NCBI GenBank assembly: GCA_054661495.1
Contig: BAAFSQ010000008.1
Coordinates: 1-32,000, forward strand
Direction: 5' to 3'
Length of the DNA: 32,000 bases
DNA from: Zygophlyctis sp. KS116
Lineage: Eukaryota > Fungi > Chytridiomycota
This document shows, piece after piece, positions 11,670 through 23,593 of this stretch. Positions within the stretch are counted from its first letter, which is position 1. Each line of letters opens with the position of its first letter. The position numbers and the translations under genes are program-made. The notes below the pieces were generated by a model. It saw nothing but the letters and a program-made list of their open reading frames with translations, ran no database searches and was not told where the DNA came from.

Positions 11670-12900
11670 TTAGTTTTTCTTTTTAACAATCTGAATCACA
11701 TCTTCGTCTTCACATATATGACTCATCCCAACTCTTTGTGCATTATGCTTGGATGATGAACCTAACTTTAATGATATATTATAATACCCCAGACAAGTGC
11801 AAACTTGAACTCATCAAGAAGAGATCTATGAATATTCCTGCATACATCGTCCACGGTACAATTACGCTTAAGAATCAGTCCACCATCAAAATCGGGAAAT
11901 TCACCCCTTTTTTTAGTATAGACTCGGATAAGATCCAAATGATGCCATATAGTTCCGACTAAAGAATCCATATTCAAATCCATTTCACAAGAAACTACTA
12001 CTGTATTATCCTCCCTAGAAAGTTCATCAATCTCTTCTATTGTTATTTGATCAATTTTATTATAGCAATAGATGCATTTGATATACTTCCGTGTTCCCAA
12101 TATAACATCGATAAATTCATCAACAGTTGCATCTTCTCTTACCAAAACTTCAGCATTATGAATCTAAAACTTTAGAATTTGTCAAAATTACCTTGTAGTC
12201 GTGTAGAATACTGTACACTATTCTTTCATTTAAGTGAGTTAATTTTGTTGTACTATTGAAAGAAATACCTCCTCCTTTCTTAATCTTAAAATATATATTT
12301 GGTTTTTTAGTATTGATCCTTATTCCCACTGCCTCTAACTCTGCCTCCAAAAGTTCCCTTTGCTTTGGCCCTTTAGTAGCATCCAACATCATTAAAATTA
12401 AATCAGAAGTTTTTGCAACTGCAATAACTTGTCTTCCCCTCCCTTTTCCTTGCGCAGCTCCTTCAATGATTCCAGGCAAATCGAGTAGCTGAATCTGCGC
12501 ACCATTATGAGATATTTTCCCGGGCACACAAGTCAGAGTAGTAAACTATAATTAGATATTGCTAAAATTACTTCATATGCACCGATTTCAGACTTTGTTT
12601 CAGTGATCTTATTCAAAAGTGTTGATTTTCCCACTAAAATTGAGCCATATCTTGCTTACCGGATGGAAATCCAATCAGGGCTACTCTTGCATCACCCGAT
12701 CTCACAACATCAAAACCAACACCTTTAGGACCAGATTTCCCAGTTGGCTCTAGGAGCATTGCCCGATATTTTGCTAATTTCGCCTTTAGTAGCCCAAGAT
12801 GATATTCGGTTGCCTTGTTTTTTTGTGTTCTAGCAATCTGGAATCAGTGAAGTAAACTTACTTCTTTTTCAATATCAGCAATCTTATCCGTTATCCCCAT
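11670..12900 (-). CDS. DRG2: Developmentally regulated GTP-binding protein 2 (Rbg2), 5 introns
   Basis: [58 protein letters not shown] domain, [11 protein letters not shown]. Confidence 0.93.
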
Positions 12901-12946
12901 TCTTGATCGTAGGAAGTCTCAACCTAAACAAACTCCAGTTAACTGA

Positions 12947-15900
12947 TCATTTATTAATACGTCTAAAAATTAGCTTGATAAATTCAATGATGAACAGATG
13001 AATTATAGCAGAAATAAAAACTACTGCCCATCCAATCCCACCGATGCTTGTAAAACCCAGCCAGGTCTGAATCGTTGGGGCTTCAATTCCGATCACTAAA
13101 AGAATCAGACTGACAAAGAATGCTATAATCATCCACTTATTGTTAGTGACACCAGTGACAAACAGTGAATTATGAACTGATTTAGATAGAAAACTTTGAA
13201 CTAAATGGCCTGTCACGAGAACCCCAAATGTAAGACTTTGTTGTTCAGACACTGCGTCTTGACCAAAGGCTGAATAACTCTTTGATAAAAGAAACACAGC
13301 CAAAGATATCATACTGATAACTAGTCCCTGAATTAAGACTAAGATGCTGATCTTCACTGTTAGAACATGTTCTTGAACAGGTCGAGGCTTTCTAGTGATC
13401 AGTGATTTTTTTATCATACCGTTCCATAATATCAAACTCTGCAGGCTCAAGTCCCAACGAGAGAGCAGGTGGGACATCAGCGATTATATTTGCATATAAA
13501 ATCGGTAATTTTCCAAAAGGTTCACCTGAATTAATTATTGCAGTTCTAGAACGTTAAAATTAGAAATATACGCTAAAAATAAAAATACTTCAGAAGCACT
13601 GCATGTCATAATATATGAACAAAACTTTCTGATATTATCAAAGACTAATCTTCCTTCTTTGACTGCAGTTACAATTGTTGTAAAATTGTCATCAGAAAGC
13701 ACAATATCAGCGGCCTGTTTAGTAATTTCAGTGCCACTGATTCCCATGGCTACACCAACATCTGCTTTTTTGATTGCAGGAGCATCATTGACACCATCTC
13801 CAGTCATGGAAACCGATTCACCCCGTTTTTGTAGTGCTTTAATGATTTTTAATTTATTATCAGGACTAACACGAGCAAATACGCGAGGAAATGGGTTCAT
13901 GGCTGAAAGGTTATCCTCTGACAATAGATCAACTTCATAGCCCTTCATGGCGATAGCCTAATTTTAAATATTCCTGGATTACCGATTCTTCATCTGTTTC
14001 CTTGATGATAGATAGCTGCTTTGCTATTGCCACAGCAGTAGATATATGGTCTCCAGTGATCATTATAACTTTAATTCCAGCAACATGACACAATTCAACA
14101 CTTTCTTTCACTCCCTGTCTAAAATCAATTAAAATAGTAATAAACATACTTTGGCGGATCTATCTAGTAAGAAAATTATTAAAAAATACCAATAAGTCCA
14201 ATCAGTCCCACAAAAGTCAGATTTGTTTCTGACATGCTACTTTTATTGCTTTTTATGATCTCAGAAGCTTCAGAGGAATCAACAATTCGTATCGCAAATG
14301 CTAAAACTCGCAAGCCTAAATTCGCCATAGAGGAGCTTTCCTTTGATATTTTTTCAATAGAATCATCTGTAAGGGGCATGTGAGACCTAGTACATAAATC
14401 TTTATAATTCTGATTATGTGGCAAATACCCTGTGCAATTTTTGAGAATTCCCTCAGGAGCGCCCTTTGCCAAGATGAACGTGGAGCCAGAGGGGAATGAT
14501 TTTTCATTGTTAACTTTGGGTTTTTGCTCATAAATAACTGACATCATCTTCCTATCACTATCGAATGCAAATTCCCCAATCTTTTCCAGTCCTAGACTAT
14601 CTTGCAACCATTCTCTACTTATTCCAGCTTTTCGGCCAGCCACAAGCATGGCAATCTTCAAAATGAGTCAATAATTCATACCTCTGTTGGATCACCAACT
14701 GTTTTCCATTTAGAAGACGCTTCTGGATCTCTGATAATTGATGAGTTATTACAAAGCGAAGCTGACATCATACTTGCCATTAAATTGGAGCTATAGTTTA
14801 ATGGATTCTTCTTCAGCTGAATTAATTCAGATCCTTTCTTTTGATTTATACCACCCATTTCTGGATCTATATTCGTAGATTCAGTAAATACATATGATGC
14901 ATCATCTGAAGTCCATAATGTAGAAGCTCCCATTTTACCTTCAGTTAAAGTACCCGTCTAATCATTATTATAGAAATAATTACTTTGTCTGAGCAAATAA
15001 CCCCCACCGATCCAAGAGATTCGACTGCCGGTAATTTTCTTACAATAGCGTTCTGTGCGGCCATACGCTTCACCCCAATCGCCATAGCAACAGTTACAAC
15101 GGCCACAAGTGATTCAGGGATAACAGAAACTGCTAAACTTACTCCTAATAAAATTGTTTCTTTCACATCACGGCGATTTCCCAGACTAATGAAAATAATT
15201 ATCAAACACATTGCCACGGCTAACGCCACCAATATTTTGCCAAGTGTATCTAACCTTTTTTCCAAAATTGTTCTTTCGTGAGGTGTAGCTGAAATCGCCT
15301 GACTGATACGTCCAATTTCAGAGCTATTCCCGACTCTGACCACAATACCTTTTCCACGTCCTCTAGCAACGACTGTCGCCATGAACACGTTTCCTTTACA
15401 ATCTCCCAATGGTAATTTTCTCGTCTATAGTGTAAGCTTTTAATTTTAAAAAGTAAATTACCCTTTTGCGAATAGTCCGAGTACTTTTAGGAATCCCCAA
15501 TGATTCACCAGTGAGAATAACTTCAATAACCTCTAATTGTGATACTTCACATAAGCGCATATCAGCAGGTACAATATCACCTTCATCTAGTGACACTAAA
15601 TCTCCCGGTACTAATTCTGAAGCATCAATAATCGTAGTTTGACCATCCCTTGTAACTTTAGCCTGAGGAACAGATAGAGAAGATAATGCGTCCAAAGCCT
15701 TTCTAGCTTTTAACTCTTCTGTAAATCCAATGGTAGCATTTAAAAAGACTACAAGCATTAGAGCCACACCCGAGGGAACTTCATCAGTAAAAAAATCTAT
15801 GATTGCTACAACTATAAGAATTATGATTATAAAATCAGTAAACTGTCCTAAAATCATTTTGCTAACAGATGCTTTTGGTGGTTCTGGAATCCTATTTGCT

Positions 15901-16629
15901 CCATAATGATCCCTATGCTTTTGTACCAAACTTTGCGCAAGTCCAGTGACAATATTTGATGAAAACATCAAGGCCAATTTCTCAGAATTTTTATCAAAGT
16001 ATAGTGCTAAAAATCAATTAGTCTTTAACCTTACATTGCGGTGGGAATGGCTTTACTACTGGAGAAAGCATTCCAGGATCTTTAAACTTATACTTTAACA
16101 TGAGTTCTTCAATTTTATCTTGATCACTTTCAATCACTAGCTCTCTCCAATCAGAAATCTGATAACAGTATTGTAGTACAACACTTAAAAAAGAAGCCGT
16201 AGTCTCTTCGTGTTCTGAATCCAATCTTTTATGCAAAGCAAAAGAATATTGTAGATCACTAGCAGACTGTTTATTCACAGCCTGTCTAAATTCATCCACT
16301 TCTTCCAAGAAATGCCCAAACAAAATAAAAGCCTTTTGGGCTTCTGACGTAAACTTCTTCTTGAGTAATCCTCCAGTCCTCTTTGACATATTAGCCAACA
16401 ATCCTTCCATTAATCTAGCCATTATTTCATAATTTAGATTAGGCATTTTCCCTCCAGTGATCCTATATTCCATAACATACTGAATCCCATCCAACACATC
16501 TGCCAATTCTATATCAGGATTATGACAAGACTCTACAAGATCAATTACATGAATATCCAACTGATGCTCAATAGACTCCCTTCCATCTAATTTTACAGAT
16601 ATTGATCTCAACTCAAAGTCTTGAGTCAT
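12947..16629 (-). CDS. P-type II cation-transporting ATPase (Ca2+/Na+ class) with an approximately 200-aa N-terminal extension, 9 introns
   Basis: TGES, IPESL, DK|TGTLT (split by an intron), GDPTE, FDSDRKMMSV, KGAPE, DPPK (microexon), MITGDH, TGDGVNDAPAIKKAD, NIIADVPPALSLGLEP. Confidence 0.92.
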
Positions 16630-16768
16630 CGCCTTTCTTGTTAGTCAATTCTAGGGGGGTTCTGGTGGCTAAACTAACCGTTAATGTAAACTAAACAATT
16701 GGAATTGTAAAATCTCTAAAAAACTATAAATTCGTAAAATGTGTATTAAGAACACACTCAAGATTAAT

Positions 16769-17230
<462 letters not shown>

Positions 17231-17258
17231 CTAGCGTCAAAGATTTAAAGGGACTTAC
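17231..17258 (-). other. 28-nt 5'UTR intron immediately before the ubiquitin ATG
   Basis: Minus strand reads caat|gtaagtccctttaaatctttgacgctag|ATGCAG, with a consensus GTAAGT donor and TAG acceptor. Confidence 0.75.
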
Positions 17259-17460
17259 ATTGAATTCGTCTACGATCTAAAGACTTCCTCACTCAAAAGT
17301 TAAAAAAAATCCTAGACCTCTAGACCTGAAATGTGGCACTTTTAGAGTAAGTGGCAAATGTAGCCTAGGATTTTATAGTTTAGGTTATGGGAGGAGGAGT
17401 ATTGAGTGCAACAGTCATTCTACCATTATAAAATACAAATATTAATATTAATAATAATAG

Positions 17461-18424
17461 ATGGGAGGAGCTTCAAGTACACCAATGCCATCAAAGGATG
17501 ATATTTCTAAATCTTTTCATTCTAAAATCATTACTACCGGACTAGATATTCCAAATACAAGTGCCAATGCAAATACAAGGGTTGCGGATGGTATGTTTGG
17601 ATCTCCTCTGTTGTCTGTGGATACAAATTCAGATGATCTAGAAGGACATATGAGTCATATGAATTTGATTAATAGTCCAGATGCTTTTAGTAAACCAAGG
17701 GAAATTGGGGAATCTACGACTGTTCCAGTTCAAGTGTTTTGGAACGGGTCGGGGAAATCAGTGTAAAGTATTTTTAGTACTAAAAATTAGGTTTTTAACA
17801 GGTACATTTAATGGATGGAAGGCTAGAATTCCATTAGATAAGACTGATGTTGAATTTTCTACAATTGTACAAATGCCACTTGGAACGCAAAATATAAAGT
17901 TTATAGTTGATGATGAATGGAAATGTAGTTCAGATTTACCTATAGCTTCAGATAATGATGGGAATTTAGTAAATTATCTTCAAATTTCTTTAGAATCTGG
18001 TGATGTTGGGGATGGACTAGATGATATTTCTGAATCATTTAATACTTTAAATGGTATTTTTTTTATATTTTAAACTTAGGTATGAAAGAATCTCAGTCTT
18101 CTTCACCTCCAGGATCTTATACAAGTGAAATTCCTTCAAATTTAGATAAAATGTCTGCAATGTCTGAAGAACCTTTACCGCTTCCAATATATTTAGAAAA
18201 GGTGTTACTTAATGACAAGATAGTTCCAAAAGATCCAACAGTTCTTCAGATTCCATCTCACGTTTCTTTGAATCATTTATACACTTGCTCAATACGCGAA
18301 AATGTCTTATCAGTTGCATGTACATCAAGGTAGTTTTATTATTTTAAAGACTAGATATCGTCAAAAGTTTATAACTACTGTATATTATTCACCTTGTGTG
18401 GATAAATCCTTGGAAAATCAGTAA
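17461..18424 (+). CDS. AMPK/SNF1 beta subunit (Gal83/Sip2-like), 3 introns
   Basis: MGGASS myristoylation motif, CBM48 domain (VFLTGTFNGW..KFIVDDEW..D.DGNLVNYL), ASC domain (P.HVSLNHLYTCSIRENVLSVACTSRYRQKFITTVYY). Confidence 0.93.
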
Positions 18425-18487
18425 TTGTCTAGTATTTAGAATGCAAATTCTTTCTGTTTTATGACCCTTAAGCCTAGAATTTGTTTA

Positions 18488-19313
18488 ATGAGAAAAGATC
18501 GATTTAGAGTCAATGGTCCAGAATCTACATTTATTGATTTGGTGCATTTACCAGAAATAGATTCTAATGAACGGAGAGACGGGAGATCTCTTGATCAGAT
18601 GAGATCTGTTTTTGGGGCTGTCGGAATAATTGCAAAAGCTCATGGATCTGCATTGATTGAAACTGGAAATATCAAAGTTGTTTGTGGAGTTCATATAAAG
18701 CAAGCATCATCAGCTAGATCGGATTCAAAAGTATATTTTGATTTCAAGTTTGCCCCATTCTCGACACAAAAAAGATCAGGATTTATAAAGGTATGATATG
18801 TTACTAAACTTTAAGAATAGTAGAGAAAAAGAATTCTCTAGGCTTTTAGAACAAGCATTAGGCCCTGCAATATTATTTAATCTTCCACAATCATTTATTG
18901 ATATTTACGTGACAGTCTTGGAAGCTGATGGTATCGCTTCATCACTTGCATTAGCAATCACTTGTGCTTCTATGGCATTAATAGATGCAGGAGTAGAAAT
19001 GTATGATATTGTCGTTGGATCTGCAATTGTAGTTTTAAATTTGAAATTAAACATTAGGGATATCTTGACAAGGATATTTATGTGGATCCTACCATGGAAG
19101 AAGAATCAAATATTACAGGTACATTCATGATTGCCCATATGCCAAATATGAATCAAATTACTCATATAATTCAAAGCGGAGTTATAGATACTGATCAAGC
19201 GGTTGAGGTATGAAAAGTATGAGATAAAATTATAGATTTCTGAACTTGCGATTGATAGTTGCTGTCAGATACAGGGTATAGTAGAACAAATCCTTTTAAA
19301 TAAATTATCCTAG
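18488..19313 (+). CDS. MTR3: Exosome RNase PH-like subunit Mtr3/EXOSC6, 3 introns
   Basis: DRFRVNGPES, RRDGRS, A.GSALIETGNIKVVCGV, FAPFS, IDIYVTVLEADG, ITCASMALIDAGVEMYD, DPTMEEE. An in-frame upstream ATG lies at 18461. Confidence 0.82.
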
Positions 19314-19384
19314 ACTAAATATCTTTTGAATTTTGTAAGATATAGAAGAGCAAGAGCTGATTGTTAGGGCCAGAAAATCACTGC

Positions 19385-20595
19385 ATGTTCCGTCTTATCA
19401 AAAGATACAATTCCACAAAAGAGCTAGTCCAATCAAGCTCAGATCACATCTTTGAAATATCTCGCCTTTTCAAACTCATCGATTCTAATAAAGATTGGGA
19501 AGGCATTCGTCAAAGGCTGCAGACACTTGATAAACAATTGAAATCTGATAACTTATGGAATGATAATGCAAAAGCGATTGAAATGCAAATTGAATCAGCA
19601 AAGCTCAAAGAAACACTGGATGAATATGATCTGATGAAGAGCAAATTTATAGACTCGAAAGAATTGCTAGAAATGATAAAGGTTGATGACATTGATCAAG
19701 ATCTTTTGATTGATTTGAATCAGGAAACTACAAATTTACAGCCGTTAGTTTCATCATATTTTATGAAGATACTAATGAATCAGGATTCTGATAAGAGCTC
19801 ATGTTTCCTTGAACTTCGTGCTGGGGCTGGAGGAACAGAATCTTGTGATTGGGTTTCATCCATGACTCGAATGTATACAAAATGGGCTGCTGCAAAAGGA
19901 TATTCATGTAGTTTTTCAAATTTTAAATCATATAGGTACGATTATAGATGAGATGAAGGCTGAAACTGCGGGATTCAAGAGTGTAACATTAGAAATATCT
20001 GGCGCTTATGCTTATGGCTGGCTTCAATATGAAGCAGGAGTTCATAGATTTGTTAGGATTTCTCCATTCGGAGTAGCAAAAAGGCATACTTCATTTGTAT
20101 CCATTCAATGTTATCCTGATCTGGATGATAGTTTACCAGACATACAAAATTTTACAATTCCAATTTCAGATTTGAAAATAGAAACAATGAGATCACAAGG
20201 GGCTGGAGGTCAGCATGTCAATAAAACTGAATCTGCAATTAGAATAACACATTTACCTACAGGTTTGGCTGTATCTTGTCAAAATGGACGTTCTCAGCAT
20301 CAAAACAAGGCAAAAGCTCTGCAAATGATCAAGGCGCGTCTTTACCAATTAGAACTGAATAAACGGTAACTTTACTTTTACCTAAGAACACAGGGCTTCA
20401 GAAAAAGCTGATGCACATTCTGGACTATCAGATAATTCATGGGGATCTCAAATTAAATCGTATGTTTTTCATCCGTATCAGATGATTAAAGATTTGAGAA
20501 CTGGAGTTGAAAAGAGAGACGTACAAAAGATATTAGATGGAGATTTGGATGATTTTTTAGAATCAGCTCTAACATACTTTAGATCGGTAAAATAA
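19385..20595 (+). CDS. prfB: Bacterial-type peptide chain release factor 2, predicted mitochondrial, 2 introns
   Basis: [32 protein letters not shown] (SPF = RF2 specificity motif), [50 protein letters not shown]-terminus [11 protein letters not shown] looks like a presequence. Confidence 0.92.
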
Positions 20596-20647
20596 AGCTA
20601 TTTATTATAAATTTGTGGCACTGAAGAGTTGAGGGTGTGGAGAAAAA

Positions 20648-22861
20648 ATGACGGCCAATGATGGAATACAACAATTGTCTCTAAAACCAGATTATATTGA
20701 TCATCGTATTCAAATGTTTGATGAATTAAAGAGGGAATATGATGCATGGGTTGCTTCTCAACCTAGAACGGATATTGAAATTACTCTTCCGGATGGCAAG
20801 GTTATTCCAGCTAAAGCATGGGAATCTTCTCCGATGGATATTGCAAAATCTATTTCCAAATCACTCTCTGAAAAAATAGTCATTGCCAAGGTTGATGGTG
20901 TTTTATGGGATCTTTGTCGAGTATTTGAAAAATCATGCAAATTACAGCTAATTGATTTTGAAGATGATCAAGGGAAAATGGTATTTTGGCATTCTTCTGC
21001 CCATGTTCTTGGAGAGGCGTGTGAACTTAATTACGGTTGCCACTTGTGTATTGGCCCTCCAATTGAAGAAGGATTTTATTACGAGATGGCAATGGAAAAG
21101 TAACTTTTTTAAATAATTAATTCAAGGTCAGTACAAGCTGCCGATTACACTAATATCATGAATCTATCGAAAAAAGCAATCAATGAAAAGCAAGTGTTTG
21201 AGAGATTAGTGGTTTCAAAGGAAAATTTACTGAAAATGTTTAAACATAACAAATACAAAGTTCACATTATTAATGATAAAATACCTGATGGAACTTCTAC
21301 AACGGTTTATCGTTGTGGGCCACTTATTGATTTGTGTTATGGCCCTCACATTCCAAACACTGGGAAAATTAAGGCCTTCAAGGTTACAAAGGTAACAAAC
21401 ATCGCCAAACTCTAACTACAAGAATTCTGCATCATACTTTCTAGGAGATCAAAAGAATGACTCTTTGCAGAGAGTTTATGGTATATCTTTTCCAGACACA
21501 AAACAAATGAAGGAATATGAAAAGTTTATCTTGGAAGCCGAAAAAAGAGATCATCGCAAGATAGGAATAGAACAGGAATTATTTTTCTTCCATGAATTAA
21601 GTCCTGGAAGTTGCTTTTTCTTGCCTGCAGGAACAAGACTCTACAACACATTGATGGAGTTGCAAAGGGTGATCTTGAATAATTCTAATATTTTAGTCTG
21701 AATATAGAAAGCGTGGATTTGAAGAAGTTGTCACTCCAAATATGTACAATGTTAAACTGTGGGAAACCAGTGGACACTGGCAAAACTATCAGGTGAGATT
21801 TTCAAGGAGTTTATTATTAAGGATGATATGTTTTCTTTGGAGGTTGAAAAAGAAAAATTTGCTCTGAAACCAATGAATTGCCCCGGACATTGTCTAATGT
21901 TCAAACAAAGAGAACGCTCTTATCGTGAACTTCCAATCCGAATGGCTGATTTTGGTGTGCTGCATCGTAACGAAGCATCTGGTGCATTAACCGGACTAAC
22001 AAGAGTTCGCCGTTTCCAGCAAGATGATGCGCATATATTCTGTATGATTGAGCAGGTATGCAATTTATTATTTATTATTAGCTTGGGAAAGAAATGGATG
22101 GTTGTTTAGATTTCCTAAAAGCTATTTATGGAATATTTGGTTTTACTTTTTCCTTGAAACTCTCTACTCGCCCTGAAAAATATTTAGGAAATATTGAAAC
22201 TTGGAACAAGGCTGAAGCTCTTTTAGAAGAAGCGCTCAACAAATTTGGACATCCCTGGACATTAAACCCTGGAGATGGAGCATTCTATGGCCCTAAAATT
22301 GATATAGTAATCTCTGATGCCCTTCGCCGTAAACATCAGTGTGCAACTATCCAATTGGACTTTCAACTTCCTGAAAGGTTTCAGTTATCTTATAGAACTC
22401 CTAGTTCTACTTCTACTGAATCATCTGAACATTTTGCTAGACCTGTAATGATCCACCGTGCTATTCTAGGCTCTATTGAGCGTATGATTGCCATCTTGAC
22501 TGAAAACTATGGTGGAAAATGGCCATTTTGGCTTTCACCATTTCAAGTTTGTATTATCCCCGTGTCTACTAATTTTATCGAATATGCTCAATATGTAGCA
22601 CAGAGATGTTCGGATGCAGGATTATATGCATCAGCTGATGTTTCTGATTCTACTCTGAATAAGAAAATTCGTAAAGCTGAAGTTAGTCATTGGAACTTTA
22701 TATTTGTTGTTGGAGAGCAAGAAGCCAATGCCAAGTCTGTGAATTGCCGTAATCGTGATGATCCTAATACCAAATCAAAAGGACAGATGATGGCACTGGA
22801 TGATATTCTTTTAAAGTTGATTAATCTTAAAGACAAGAGATCAATAGATCAAACTTTATAA
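20648..22861 (+). CDS. THS1: Threonyl-tRNA synthetase (cytosolic type), 5 introns
   Basis: TGS domain, [69 protein letters not shown]. Confidence 0.97.
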
Positions 22862-22919
22862 AAAAATTAAAATGGTACTTAACGACTTGAGTTGTTAACC
22901 CTTTGTCGTGATTAAAAAA

Positions 22920-23418
22920 ATGCTGTTTCGTCGACTATTTTCTGTAACTTTTTCTTACTCATGATGAAGGCACTCCCCTCCAAATCTTTATTCACCCGGT
23001 ATTTAGAAGGGATTAAACCTAATGTCAAAGAAATCCCATGGGAAACTCTTGATAGTAAATTAACTGCTTCGCCCACTGGAGGCCCACACGAACATTTTCA
23101 TCTCATTGATGTTCGAGAAACATATGAATGGAATGATGACCACATTCCTCATGCTCTATTTGCATCTCGGGGTACACTAGAAAGAGACATTGTATATTTT
23201 TTAATGTAAAAAATTAGGAATCTCTAGTTCCTGATGTGAATGATGAAATTGTAGTTTACTGTGCTGCTGGCCCAAGATCTATGCTAGCTGCAGATGCTCT
23301 AACTAGAATGGGATATAGAAATGTAGCTTCCTTGAAGGGCGGAATTGCTGACTGGAAGAGCAATAATAATAATATAGTTAAAAATATGATGGCATTCTCC
23401 CCAATTCAAAAATATTAA
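22920..23418 (+). CDS. Single-domain rhodanese/sulfurtransferase with a short presequence, 2 introns
   Basis: LIDVRETYEWNDDHIPHA, active-site loop YCAAGPRS, MGYRNVASLKGGIADW. Spliced start MLFRRLFS|ALPSK. Confidence 0.88.
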
Positions 23419-23507
23419 AAAGATTTGGTCTAAAGAATACAATCATTTCTATGTGATCTTTTATCTTTTCTTGAGCCTTTAAGTCACTTTAGATCTCACT
23501 TGAGTCT

Positions 23508-23542
23508 TCTAGAGGTCTTTGGGAGTTTAAAAGACCTCTAGA
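23508..23542. repeat. Perfect 13-bp inverted repeat (hairpin) between convergent rhodanese and U1A/U2B'' genes
   Basis: tctagaggtcttt (23508-23520), 9-nt loop gggagttta, aaagacctctaga (23530-23542). Confidence 0.85.
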
Positions 23543-23593
23543 GTACTAAAGGAGAGAGAAATCTCTAAAAACACTTGTAAATTCTACTTTTTC

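Noticed and set aside
19385-20595. RF2 as bacterial contamination or with a +1 frameshift
   Set aside because: It contains spliceosomal micro-introns like its neighbours, has a presequence-like start, and the N-terminal frame is continuous.
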